64,000 bases of DNA from Patescibacteria group bacterium (GTDB lineage Bacteria > Patescibacteriota > JABMPQ01 > JAHIRA01), in assembly GCA_018818205.1 (NCBI GenBank), contig JAHISJ010000026.1:29994-93993 (forward strand), read 5' to 3'. The notes under the pieces are model-generated. The model saw only the letters and a list, made by a program, of their open reading frames with translations. It was not told where the DNA came from and did no database searches. The translations under genes were made by a program, and so were the position numbers. The first letter of the stretch is position 1; each line of letters opens with the position of its first letter. Positions 28,318 through 38,155 of this stretch are shown here, piece after piece.

Positions 28318-28920
28318 ATGAAACAAAAATATGACTGGTTTGAAAGATTAATGGATTGGATGGCTTCTAAAGAAGGCTTTATAAGTCGATTTCAAGATTT
28401 TCTTTTTGCTGCTTTTGAGTATATTATTGTTAAATCCGGATGGGACACCATGGAAGATCCCGAGTACCTTGAAGGAGAAGAAGAAAAAGCATTCGCGGAA
28501 GAAGGAAAACTTTTCTTTAAATCACTCAAGATTGAACTTACGGAAGAGAAAATGCCTATCGATAACGTCCTAAAAATAATTCTCCACTACTTCTTTTTGA
28601 TAGTTAACAAAGAGTATCGCATTGGACAAAAATGGGCGCGATTTGTTGTGTGGAGTTCTGAGGGTCACAGACTTCACCCACAGTTCTTTGGAAGACTACA
28701 CATATGTTTAGGAGAAGACTCTATTAAAGAAAGTCTTTATACACAACCTTCTCCTGATTTTACAAAGATCTATGTTGTTTTTCCAAGAAGACCAGAAGAG
28801 ATTACCTTCACTGAATTTAATCTTCGCTATAGTGGAATATATCAATTCCACTATCCGTTCCAACAAACAGCAACTACTACATCATTCTTAAATACAAACG
28901 CCACGCAAGCATCAAGCTAG
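28318..28920 (+). CDS. Orphan hypothetical protein
   Basis: ATG at 28318 preceded by AGGAGGAG; followed by a GCCACGC/GCGTGGC hairpin and a T-tract. Confidence 0.65.
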   Translation: MKQKYDWFERLMDWMASKEGFISRFQDFLFAAFEYIIVKSGWDTMEDPEYLEGEEEKAFAEEGKLFFKSLKIELTEEKMPIDNVLKIILHYFFLIVNKEYRIGQKWARFVVWSSEGHRLHPQFFGRLHICLGEDSIKESLYTQPSPDFTKIYVVFPRRPEEITFTEFNLRYSGIYQFHYPFQQTATTTSFLNTNATQASS

Positions 28921-28956
28921 CGTGGCATTTTTGATTGCGCTGAGATTTTTGCGTTA

Positions 28957-31413
28957 CTATATGCTAAGCTCAACTTCTTTTATGAGAACTGCATTGTGAG
29001 CGGTATCATATTCATCTTTTGCAACTGCAATTCTTTCATTAAGCTCTCTTAAAGGTTTAGTTTGAGCGTCCATTTTTTGAGATGCAGTCATAAGCTCATC
29101 AAACACCGCATTGTCCAGCTGAACATTATCAATTTTATTATACGTTTCTTCTCTAAGAAGCGGAGAACCATCTTCTGCCTGATAGTTTCTAAGCGCTCCA
29201 ATAACGTCCATTGACCCAGTAGAAAGTGTAGCGAGTCCTCTTCTAAGTGCTTTTCTATTCTTCATTGTTTGAAAATAGCCAAGCGTAAATGCTTTTTTTG
29301 CTGGATCTTTGTACCCCAGTCTACCAAGTAAATTATCAAGCTCGCCTTTCATTCGGGCAACATCAGCAATATTTGATTCTCTTTCCATATTTTCTTTTTC
29401 ACCCAGCAAGCTACTCAACTTCAATTGCTTTTCATTTGCTTGTTGATCAAGTGCACGTAACTCGTCAGGTCGGGCATTTGCCTCTCTTTGTCTTCTTACA
29501 ATCATTTCTGCCTGCTTTAACGCCATTTGTCTATCAAAGCCTGGAAGCTCTTCAGTTGGCTCTTCACCAAAAGTTGCCCCTTCTTCATGAAAGCCTGGAA
29601 GCTCCAACGTTTTCCCTGCTCCAAAAGCTTCTTCCCACATATTGTCATAGCTCAAGCCAGGTGAGGTGTATTGGTCATATACCTGAGAAGCTTGATCTAA
29701 TCCAAACGTTCGCGCAGTGTCATTACTTGGCTGAACTCCTGCAGCTTCGGCAGTTTGTACGTATTGATTTTCTGCAAACTGACGCTGACTTTGTACTTGG
29801 GCTGTAAGCAAAGAATCTGCTATCTCTTGATCAACGCGCTGCAGCTCTCTCAGTCGTGATTCTAAAAGCATTGTAAGTCCTAAAGGGTTTTTTGCGCTTT
29901 GAGATACTACATCTATAAGACTTTGTTCCATGCCACGAACATTGGCAAGAGACTCATTTATTCTTTGAATTCTTTCTTGTGATACTTCCTTTTCACCCCT
30001 TATTTCTTCTGGCGAAAGCCTTACTGCATCCCGTGCAGTAGTTGCGGAAAGCAAAAGACCATCAGCAAAATCAATAGCTTGAGTAAATTCTTCACGTACA
30101 GATTCTGGATATAGCTTTGATATCTCTGTTTGATTAATAAGGAAGAGGTTCATTTCCATTCTCTTTCCAGTAAATCTAAGAGAAAACTTTTGAATTTTTG
30201 CCTCATATTCTTTTTCATCTCTTCGTTTCAATTCATCCCACCCAAGCTGTGCTATTATTTCAGGACTATAATTTGTATCCTTTACACTACCATCATCTAA
30301 ATTATAAATAGTGTTGAGTACTTGATATTCTTCAGCAGACATTGCACGAGTCATTTCAAGAAGCCTCTGATTATTTTGCATCATTGTATATGCTTCGCCC
30401 ATACTTATTGACAAATCATAATACGTATCCCAACTCATCTGCGCAACTGAAGTAAGTCTCCCCTTTTCACCTTCCTGGAGTTGAATCATTCTTTCAAAAC
30501 GAAGATCTCTCTCACCCTTGGGATAGTCCGTTTTTATATCGTGTTTTTCATATGCTTCTGCTACAGCTCTCTTGCCAGAATCCAATAATCCTTTAAAGTC
30601 TCTTTCTGCTTTTTGAGCAAGACGTTTTTGCTCAGATTGCTCTATACCTTTAGGAAAACCAACCATTTCCTCAGTTTGATTTAATACTTCTGGCGTTTTT
30701 TGAGATAATCGAGCCTGATGTTCTTGCAAGAAATTTTGAACACCTGTACTAAGGTTTTGTTCTATAGTGCGAACAGTATCATTTGGTACTTCTTCATTCC
30801 TAAGAGTATCATAAACAGCACCTTCAGCATCTAAAGCAAATCGAAGGGCTTCCATTTTTAGGGTCACTTTTTGATTAAGCTCAGTCTTTGCAAGTTGCTC
30901 CGAAATATTTGATCTTACTGTAGCAAGCTCAGCACTTGTTTGATCAATCACTTGTCTTTGTGCTTCTTCTGGAAGCTCTTCACCTCGTTTTTCTGCTTCA
31001 TTAACTGCACGAGTAACTACTCCAGGAGTATCAAGTACAACATCCTTAACTTCTTCAGGAGAAACTGGGCCTTCTAACATTTCAGCAAGGATTCTATTTC
31101 TCTCTTCCTCATCTACATACCGTTCTTTCACTGGTCTCAAAGCAGCTCGTTTTTCTTCCTCCGTCAAAGCAATTTCTTGCTTCAATACTCTTTTTTGATT
31201 TGCTTGAGACATACTGGAAACTTCTGCAAAAAAATCACGCAGGGGTGTTTCTTCAGACTGTTCTTCTGACCTTGTTCCTTGACTAAAAACTAAATCTGCC
31301 CATTCTTTTGCTTTTTGGCTTAATGCATCCATATTTCCTTCACGCGCTGCTGCTTCAGCTTCTGCATGTTTTGCGTCGGAATAGATATCTCCTGTTGACA
31401 TTTTTCTAGCCAT
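28957..31413 (-). CDS. Large acidic coiled-coil protein of unknown function
   Basis: 818-aa ORF, E/Q/K-rich, no signal peptide; own TTGACA-17 nt-TATAGT promoter. Confidence 0.8.
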   Translation of the reverse strand: MARKMSTGDIYSDAKHAEAEAAAREGNMDALSQKAKEWADLVFSQGTRSEEQSEETPLRDFFAEVSSMSQANQKRVLKQEIALTEEEKRAALRPVKERYVDEEERNRILAEMLEGPVSPEEVKDVVLDTPGVVTRAVNEAEKRGEELPEEAQRQVIDQTSAELATVRSNISEQLAKTELNQKVTLKMEALRFALDAEGAVYDTLRNEEVPNDTVRTIEQNLSTGVQNFLQEHQARLSQKTPEVLNQTEEMVGFPKGIEQSEQKRLAQKAERDFKGLLDSGKRAVAEAYEKHDIKTDYPKGERDLRFERMIQLQEGEKGRLTSVAQMSWDTYYDLSISMGEAYTMMQNNQRLLEMTRAMSAEEYQVLNTIYNLDDGSVKDTNYSPEIIAQLGWDELKRRDEKEYEAKIQKFSLRFTGKRMEMNLFLINQTEISKLYPESVREEFTQAIDFADGLLLSATTARDAVRLSPEEIRGEKEVSQERIQRINESLANVRGMEQSLIDVVSQSAKNPLGLTMLLESRLRELQRVDQEIADSLLTAQVQSQRQFAENQYVQTAEAAGVQPSNDTARTFGLDQASQVYDQYTSPGLSYDNMWEEAFGAGKTLELPGFHEEGATFGEEPTEELPGFDRQMALKQAEMIVRRQREANARPDELRALDQQANEKQLKLSSLLGEKENMERESNIADVARMKGELDNLLGRLGYKDPAKKAFTLGYFQTMKNRKALRRGLATLSTGSMDVIGALRNYQAEDGSPLLREETYNKIDNVQLDNAVFDELMTASQKMDAQTKPLRELNERIAVAKDEYDTAHNAVLIKEVELSI

Positions 31414-31495
31414 ATTTTTTTATTACTTATATTATTTTTACTAGCTATGAACTATAGCATAAAATTGCCAATCTGTCAATACTTTTCCTTATTCT

Positions 31496-32077
31496 TCATT
31501 GCACGAGACATTTTTTACACTTCTCTATCATTAACTGCTGTGCTTCTTCTTCAAACTTCTGAGCATCGAGAAGTAATTGTGACCCATGCTCAAACGTCTG
31601 TGCACCATCTTCACCTGCCAAAAGGTTGTCAAAACCCTTTACGTACGACTCATATCCCTCTGCTTGAAACGTATACTTTGAAATAAGTTTTTCTTGAATG
31701 CCTACCGATGTACCTTTGGCTGAAATGGTACCCATCTTTTCCTGAGCACGCGACGCCTCTTTGCTAGCCTCATTGAAAAGCTCTTTTCTCTGCCTCCAGA
31801 CTGAACGTCTAGCTTCATTCTCTTCCCCCTGGTCTTTTTCTTGAAGGTTGCCGTCTTTTTCCATTAGGTCAGCAATAGCTAGCCCCTCATGTATATACAC
31901 TTCTTTGTTATACTCTTCAACAAACAAGACAACGTCTCGCGTTTGAAAGTAACCCTCGAGCGCAGGTCCCAGTTGAAACCTGTACATCACTGCCCCAAAA
32001 ACTACAAAAAGAATGACGATACCACTACTGATTATTTTCTGTCTTTTTAGTATACTCTCTTCTTTAGAAGAAATCAT
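31496..32077 (-). CDS. Membrane-anchored helical protein
   Basis: N-terminal TM; start overlaps the stop of the upstream ATPase. Confidence 0.7.
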   Translation of the reverse strand: MISSKEESILKRQKIISSGIVILFVVFGAVMYRFQLGPALEGYFQTRDVVLFVEEYNKEVYIHEGLAIADLMEKDGNLQEKDQGEENEARRSVWRQRKELFNEASKEASRAQEKMGTISAKGTSVGIQEKLISKYTFQAEGYESYVKGFDNLLAGEDGAQTFEHGSQLLLDAQKFEEEAQQLMIEKCKKCLVQ

Positions 32078-33567
32078 TACGTATCGTTATCCTTCTGCAC
32101 TGACTGAAATGCCTTCTTAAACGGTTTATGAGAATCATCGTTAACCTTAGATTGGGAGTGGGATTGATTCTGTCTCGGCTGAGTATCGCTGCGATTTTGA
32201 TACTTTTTTGGTTCTCGTTTTTTTTGATACTCATTGGGTCTTGACCTTGGACTTGACTTTGGGGATTCCATTTCACCCTTTGTCGGTTCCGTACTATCTG
32301 TAAACCCACTAAAGCGAGCAATTTTCCCCTCAATTATTTCTCGTTTTTTTGCATACCGTTCACGAGAGATACGAATAATTTTATCCTGAAATCCATCTGG
32401 CTCCCATGTTGGTGCAATAGACTGAGCACTAAACGCCTGGGACGCCACACCATTTATCATAAGTTTTAAGTACACATTATACTTAGTCAGATTTACGAGA
32501 TGGTTTGCGGTAAACACCGGTTCAAACTCTGTCTCAAACATCTCTGAATCTTGTGCACCAATTCTAAAAACAATCATAGTCCCCACATTGCCAAACACCG
32601 CATCGTACACCGTCTCCGGAAGCTGGTTAATATACTGATGGGCCATAATTAAATTTAATCGATACTTACGCGCTTCAGATAAAATGTCAGCAAAACTGTC
32701 CGTAGCAAAATTTTGGAACTCATCAACGTAGAGATAGAAGTCCACACGCTTTTCCTCCTGAATATCAACACGACTCATTGCCGCAAGTTGTAGTTGCGTA
32801 ATCATCATAGCACCAAAAAGCGCAGAGGCGTCTTCACCGACTTTTCCTTTGGATAGGTTTAAAAGCAAGATCTTCTTTGAATCAATAACATCACGCATAT
32901 TTATGGTCGACTTTGGTTGTCCAACAATGTTTCTGATAAGTGAAATCGACAAAAACTGACCAACCTTATTCTGAATTGGCGCAATTGCCTCTTGCTGAAA
33001 CTTGTCGGGATACCGCGAGTACTCGTCTACCCAAAAAGATTTTACCACTGGGTCAGTAACCTTACTTATAACCTTTTTTCTAAACGACTTGTCCGTAAGC
33101 ATACGCATGATACCAAGAAGCGTACTCCCCGGGTAATCAAGCAAAGCAAGAATGGTATTCCGAAGCACATACTCAAGCCGTGGTCCCCACGAATCTGCCC
33201 AAATCTTTTTAAAAACACCTAAAAGTCCTGATGCAACAAGATGTTTGTATTCAGGATTGACGCTTTCCATCACATTAAACCCAAGAGGATAATTAATATC
33301 CCCGGCATCAAAATATATGACGTCGTTTACTCTATTTGACGGCACATATTGAAGCATCTTGTGAGCAAAGTCGCCATGAGGGTCAACGACGCAAAGACCA
33401 TTGCCTTTCCGTATGTCGCTAATAACCATATTCTCAAGAAAAGTCGTCTTTCCCATTCCGGTTTTTCCAATGACATACATATGACGTCTTCTGTCATCCC
33501 TGCGAATACCAAATTTGGTAAACTTTCCTCTATAATTTGTCTCTCCGAGTATTGTTACATCATCCAT
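32077..33567 (-). CDS. TrwB/TraD/VirD4-like (type IV coupling protein-like) ATPase
   Basis: DRRRHMYVIGKTGMGKT (Walker A), DPHGD, LYVDEFQNF (Walker B), LSEARKYRL..AHQY. Confidence 0.9.
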   Translation of the reverse strand: MDDVTILGETNYRGKFTKFGIRRDDRRRHMYVIGKTGMGKTTFLENMVISDIRKGNGLCVVDPHGDFAHKMLQYVPSNRVNDVIYFDAGDINYPLGFNVMESVNPEYKHLVASGLLGVFKKIWADSWGPRLEYVLRNTILALLDYPGSTLLGIMRMLTDKSFRKKVISKVTDPVVKSFWVDEYSRYPDKFQQEAIAPIQNKVGQFLSISLIRNIVGQPKSTINMRDVIDSKKILLLNLSKGKVGEDASALFGAMMITQLQLAAMSRVDIQEEKRVDFYLYVDEFQNFATDSFADILSEARKYRLNLIMAHQYINQLPETVYDAVFGNVGTMIVFRIGAQDSEMFETEFEPVFTANHLVNLTKYNVYLKLMINGVASQAFSAQSIAPTWEPDGFQDKIIRISRERYAKKREIIEGKIARFSGFTDSTEPTKGEMESPKSSPRSRPNEYQKKREPKKYQNRSDTQPRQNQSHSQSKVNDDSHKPFKKAFQSVQKDNDT

Positions 33568-33597
33568 TGTAGTAGTACATATACACGTTTATTCTTA

Positions 33598-34878
33598 TTA
33601 CATTGGGACAGGCAGATCCGGTGGTGGCTCTGCTTTTCTGGTATCAAGACGCTCAAGTGTTGGCGTCCGCACACTCTCATAGGGGAAGTGATACATTGTA
33701 GCAATTTCCTCGGTACTCATAACATAGGCATTGCCACCCATCCACGGATCCCGCCCTTTAAATCCTTTCATAATTAACCGTTTTCTTCTTGGAACACGCA
33801 TTTTTTTAAAGTAGTCAACCGATGTCCAGTTTTTGGTGTTCGGTTTCAAACCATTGAGATTCTCCGTAGTAAATATGCGCATGAACATAAACATAGGCAT
33901 CATACCTTTTGGCTTATTAAAAACCTCGTTTTTGCCAACATATACAAACCGCATCTTGACAAAAAACGCAATCTTGGAGATACTCTCCTCTATTGCTTTA
34001 ATAACTTCCCGTTCTCCTGGAGAAAGGAAGGACATCTCCATACCCTCTTCATCTTCAATCTCAGAAGGAGGAAACCCAAGTGCATTATCAATATTCTTCT
34101 CTACATTATGCCACCCTCCCAAAACGTACCGAGAAACCCAAGATTCAGACGATTTTGGTGAACGGTTCATAAGTTCATCTACAACCGCTAACGCTTTTTT
34201 TTGCCACTTCTCGTCCCACCGTGGCTGTATGATTATCTGAAACCACAACTGTTCACCGGGATTTAATCCACTCATTGCCTCAGTAAGCGTTGAGACGGGG
34301 TCAATAAAACCCTTTTCAATATCTTCAGCAAACGACTTGTACGTACGGATAGGATAGGGATCTGGACGCACTAGAGCTATTTCTGTTCCATACATATCAT
34401 ACTCCTCATTTGGATACGTGTCAGGCGCAAAAGTTACATAGTCCTCGACAAGCATGATTTCAGCCTCTGGATAATACGCATAAATCATTGCCTCAAGTGA
34501 TTCTCTGTACTTGTTAGGCATGCGCATAAGAAACCGCACCTGGCCATTAATACCTACTATCTCAAGGCTTACACTGAGCTGAAACTCGCCATACCAGTAC
34601 TTTTCATACATATTTGGAGGATGTTCAATAGAGTGAATAGCAGTAATAATTTGCTCCATTGATTTTGGATCCTTGATATTATCAGCAGGAATAGTAATGG
34701 CAATTAAGTCATAGTCAATAGAGAGCGCGAATTTAATCTGCCTTCTAAAAAGAAATAGCTGAAATCCCAAATACAAAAAAAGTGGTATTAAAATAAACCA
34801 CGTATATGAAATTACTAAAGAGATATAACCCCAAAGCTCGATTAAGCCCGGTCCAACTTCTTGAAGCATACTACTCAC
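33598..34878 (-). CDS. Membrane-anchored partner of the VirD4-like ATPase
   Basis: N-terminal TM, SLEIV, YAYYPEAEI, YPIRTY, EEIATMYHFP and PPPDLP; recurring architecture upstream of CPR TrwB-like ATPases. Confidence 0.7.
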   Translation of the reverse strand: MSSMLQEVGPGLIELWGYISLVISYTWFILIPLFLYLGFQLFLFRRQIKFALSIDYDLIAITIPADNIKDPKSMEQIITAIHSIEHPPNMYEKYWYGEFQLSVSLEIVGINGQVRFLMRMPNKYRESLEAMIYAYYPEAEIMLVEDYVTFAPDTYPNEEYDMYGTEIALVRPDPYPIRTYKSFAEDIEKGFIDPVSTLTEAMSGLNPGEQLWFQIIIQPRWDEKWQKKALAVVDELMNRSPKSSESWVSRYVLGGWHNVEKNIDNALGFPPSEIEDEEGMEMSFLSPGEREVIKAIEESISKIAFFVKMRFVYVGKNEVFNKPKGMMPMFMFMRIFTTENLNGLKPNTKNWTSVDYFKKMRVPRRKRLIMKGFKGRDPWMGGNAYVMSTEEIATMYHFPYESVRTPTLERLDTRKAEPPPDLPVPM

Positions 34879-34934
34879 TTAAATTTGATCTCTGTTTTAC
34901 GGCCCCTAACTATTCAGTGCACCCTATAATAGTC

Positions 34935-36020
34935 TTATGACTTTGTAACGTATACAAAACCATCACCTTGTTTCTGAATTGCATCTCTACTTTGTAATGC
35001 TAACACGATTGTATTTTTCTTTACAAGACGTTGTTTGCGTACTTTTTCAACAATTTCTTCTTTGGTAAGTGGTCCATCAGCATTTTTTAGAACATCTAAG
35101 ACAACATCAGCTACAGTACCGGTCTGATATCCCCATGACGTCAACGCATAAATGCCACGCCCTACAAGAACAAATCTACCATCTTTGATAAGCTCATTGT
35201 GGACAGTCTGTGCGATAGCTTCTTTTTTACTAAAGCCAGCTTCGTTAATTTTCTTTGTAATCTCTGTAAAGTGAAGAGGCTTTCCTTCTTTTTTGAGGAT
35301 AATATATGCCTTATCTTTTACTCCACGAGGAATAATCTCACTCCAATGTGCAAGACCCCATTCATCAAATGGATTACGCTTAATACGTTTACCAATAAGT
35401 AAATATGACTTCACTCGCTCAGAGTCACGCTTCTCATCAGTTATTTCTTCCGCTTTTGGATGATTTACCACATGCTCGACAGCGAGACCATGGTTAACAG
35501 GCTCATTTTTTTCTTCAAGAATTTCAATAAAAGACTGGATTACCTTTTCCGGAACACGCAAGTCAGCGTCTTTAATGTACCAGTGTTTATTGTATTCGTC
35601 GGTCTCTTTATTATCAAAAAATCGATCACTAATATGCAGTACAAACTCAACATGATTATCATGTACGTCACCAGGAAGTTCTTCTTTTGATTTTTCTACC
35701 AAGTACTGATGTTCCATGATATGACCGTAGTCTGCAATAATGTGCTCAATAATATCTTCCGTTGGAATAAGATCCTCCATTTTTTCTGAGGATTTTAATT
35801 CCTTTAATGCCGCAGATTCTATTTGTCTTACACGCTCACGAGTAATCTCGTACGCTTTACCTATTTCTTCAAGTGTCATCTTGCGTGATCTATCAAGCCC
35901 GTATCGTTTAAGAACAATGTCTCTTGTTCGCTCAGGGAGATCAGTAATGAACGCACGAATAACAGCCTCAAGATCTTTTGAGACAGTGTCTGCTGCGTAT
36001 TGTTCAGCTGCGTTCACCAT
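34935..36020 (-). CDS. Sigma-70 region 4 / HARE-HTH (RNAP delta-like) protein
   Basis: RYGL...TLEEIG..YEITRERVRQIE at the N-terminus; KPLHFTEI...QTVHNELIKDGRFVLVGRGIYAL. Confidence 0.8.
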   Translation of the reverse strand: MVNAAEQYAADTVSKDLEAVIRAFITDLPERTRDIVLKRYGLDRSRKMTLEEIGKAYEITRERVRQIESAALKELKSSEKMEDLIPTEDIIEHIIADYGHIMEHQYLVEKSKEELPGDVHDNHVEFVLHISDRFFDNKETDEYNKHWYIKDADLRVPEKVIQSFIEILEEKNEPVNHGLAVEHVVNHPKAEEITDEKRDSERVKSYLLIGKRIKRNPFDEWGLAHWSEIIPRGVKDKAYIILKKEGKPLHFTEITKKINEAGFSKKEAIAQTVHNELIKDGRFVLVGRGIYALTSWGYQTGTVADVVLDVLKNADGPLTKEEIVEKVRKQRLVKKNTIVLALQSRDAIQKQGDGFVYVTKS

Positions 36021-36221
36021 ACTAGTAGGATTAAAATACTAACGTAACTATTTTATAAAATTAATTTCTAACAACCATATCACCAATAATGTATCATGTT
36101 TTACAACAATTGTCAACCCTTAACAACACAGTCTACACTACTATTCAAATTATGTCAAGGACCTTTACAAAAAAGAGTGTACTGCGAAAGCAAAACACTC
36201 ACTTTTTATCTATTTTAAGCC

Positions 36222-36509
36222 CTAAATAAAGGATTGAATCCTCTGAGCTTCTTCTTGAACAACAGCACTTTCTTCATCTTCATAACACCTAACTCCCTTT
36301 TTATGCATTGGACGTCTGGCATCAAAATGGAGATCTAAAATGACACTGTAATCTGATCCGTACTTTAAAAGTACATGAAAACGAGGATAAAAAGATGCTC
36401 CCGTTCTTCTGATATAGCTCTCGCCACCTGTCGTGGGGTTGCGCCACGGTTTATATCCTGCTTTTCGCATGACGTTCCGGGGATTTGTTTGTCCTATAGA
36501 TATTTTCAT
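36222..36509 (-). CDS. Hypothetical protein (YPRFH motif)
   Basis: 95-aa ORF in operon orientation; SYIRR...YPRFH...LHFD. Confidence 0.7.
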   Translation of the reverse strand: MKISIGQTNPRNVMRKAGYKPWRNPTTGGESYIRRTGASFYPRFHVLLKYGSDYSVILDLHFDARRPMHKKGVRCYEDEESAVVQEEAQRIQSFI

Positions 36510-36551
36510 AGTAATACTCTTGATAACTGATCATTGAAAAATTGAAATTCC

Positions 36552-36857
36552 TTACCTAAGCTCTTCTTTGACTTTCTCCTTCAACGTATCATCAATCTCA
36601 TCCGGAAGCATATCGCCTTCGGGATTATGTTCTGTGGCTTCCTCGTACACCTTATACTTAGCGTCAGTCACTGCGCCTCTTAATGATTCTTTTTCTTCCG
36701 CAGTAAGATCTTGCCTGAGCTTAAGCACATAGTAATCTTTAAAGGTTTTATACGTAACGACACCAACATCTTTCTTTACAGTATATGCTGCATAACCAAT
36801 AACGCCCCCGATAGTGAGCAAAACAATGAGTATAAATCCTGCGATAAATCGAATCAT
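36552..36857 (-). CDS. Small membrane-anchored hypothetical protein
   Basis: N-terminal TM; start overlaps the mtaB stop. Confidence 0.65.
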   Translation of the reverse strand: MIRFIAGFILIVLLTIGGVIGYAAYTVKKDVGVVTYKTFKDYYVLKLRQDLTAEEKESLRGAVTDAKYKVYEEATEHNPEGDMLPDEIDDTLKEKVKEELR

Positions 36858-38068
36858 TCTGGTTTGATTATATTCTTACCTTCTAGTGTAAATTGTTTTA
36901 TGGTATTTCGCAAATCTCGTTTTGACGGCATATAGACACGCACATAGTTTTCTGTATAGCCCTCAAAATAGCCATTTCTTTGGTCCTCAAAAAGCACTGA
37001 TACGGTGGTCCCTATACACTCTTTTTTAAATTGATGCTCACTCTCGCTAGCATAATCTCGCAGAATATGTGCTCTCTTTTGTTTTACCTCCTCTAAAACC
37101 TGATCTTTCATTGTTGCAGCAGGCGTCCCCTCCCTGGCTGAAAAGGGGAATACATGCACACTAGAAAACCGTGCCGCGTCAATAATTGAGAGACTTTCCA
37201 TAAAATCACGATCCGTCTCACCGGGAAACCCTACAATAATATCCGTTGTTACCCCAAATAGAGGATCAATCTTGCGTATTTTTTTTACCAGTGATACATA
37301 TTCTTCTCTAGTATAGCACCTATTCATTTTGGCTAAAATATCACTTGAGCCGCTCTGCAAAGAAAGATGCCAGTGGTTTAACAGTCTTTTACTCTCCCAA
37401 AGGGCAATAAAATCATCGTCAATAAATCTTGGATCAAGGGAGCCAAGCCGAATACGCTTGATACTTGTATTAGCAAGAACATACTCAAGTAGCTGAGTAA
37501 GATTTAAACTCTCTTTGTAAGAATATTTATTGATGTTCACTCCGGTAAGCACTACCTCTTTAAACCCTTCCTTCTGTCTTTTTTTAATTTCTGAAACAAT
37601 CTTTGTTGGCGAAACACTGTTTAATGGACCTCGTCTACGTGAAATAATGCAATACGTGCAAAACATATCACATCCCTCCTGAATTTTGATGAGTGCTCTG
37701 TCTTTTTCAGAAACGAAAACAGTGGGTGTTTGAGGCGAATCATCTTGATTGTCTTTTTTTAGGAAAGAAAGTACGTCGTGAACAAGTGTATCTTTATTGC
37801 TTAAAAAAAGATCAACATCCTTCTTTTGCTCAATGGAACACCCCGTTGCGACAATAACCGTATTTGAATTACTATTTCTTATTTTATTGATCATCTGACG
37901 TGTTTTCCTCACTGCCTGATGTGTCACTGCACATGAGTTTACTACACACACGTCAGGACTCTCTTTAAATGGCACAACGTTAAAGCCGCGACTTTGGAAC
38001 TCGCGTGAAAAGGTATCGCTTTCTGCTTGATTGAGCTTACAACCAAGGGTGAGGATTGAGATTTTCAT
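36854..38068 (-). CDS. mtaB: tRNA t6A37 methylthiotransferase (radical SAM)
   Basis: TLGCKLNQAES, NSCAVT, TGC, KIQEGCDMFCTYC, DIIVGFPGET, HVFPFSAREGTPAA. Confidence 0.9.
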   Translation of the reverse strand: MKISILTLGCKLNQAESDTFSREFQSRGFNVVPFKESPDVCVVNSCAVTHQAVRKTRQMINKIRNSNSNTVIVATGCSIEQKKDVDLFLSNKDTLVHDVLSFLKKDNQDDSPQTPTVFVSEKDRALIKIQEGCDMFCTYCIISRRRGPLNSVSPTKIVSEIKKRQKEGFKEVVLTGVNINKYSYKESLNLTQLLEYVLANTSIKRIRLGSLDPRFIDDDFIALWESKRLLNHWHLSLQSGSSDILAKMNRCYTREEYVSLVKKIRKIDPLFGVTTDIIVGFPGETDRDFMESLSIIDAARFSSVHVFPFSAREGTPAATMKDQVLEEVKQKRAHILRDYASESEHQFKKECIGTTVSVLFEDQRNGYFEGYTENYVRVYMPSKRDLRNTIKQFTLEGKNIIKPE

Positions 38069-38155
38069 AGTGATTATTCTAAATCAACTGTTATAATATG
38101 CAAGAGAGAAAAACTATATTCAAACAAGAGAATTACCTTAAATCTACAAAATTTC

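Noticed and set aside
32077-33567. Conjugative element or ICE
   Set aside because: No relaxase, integrase, VirB4 or att repeats in the window; flanked by core-type genes
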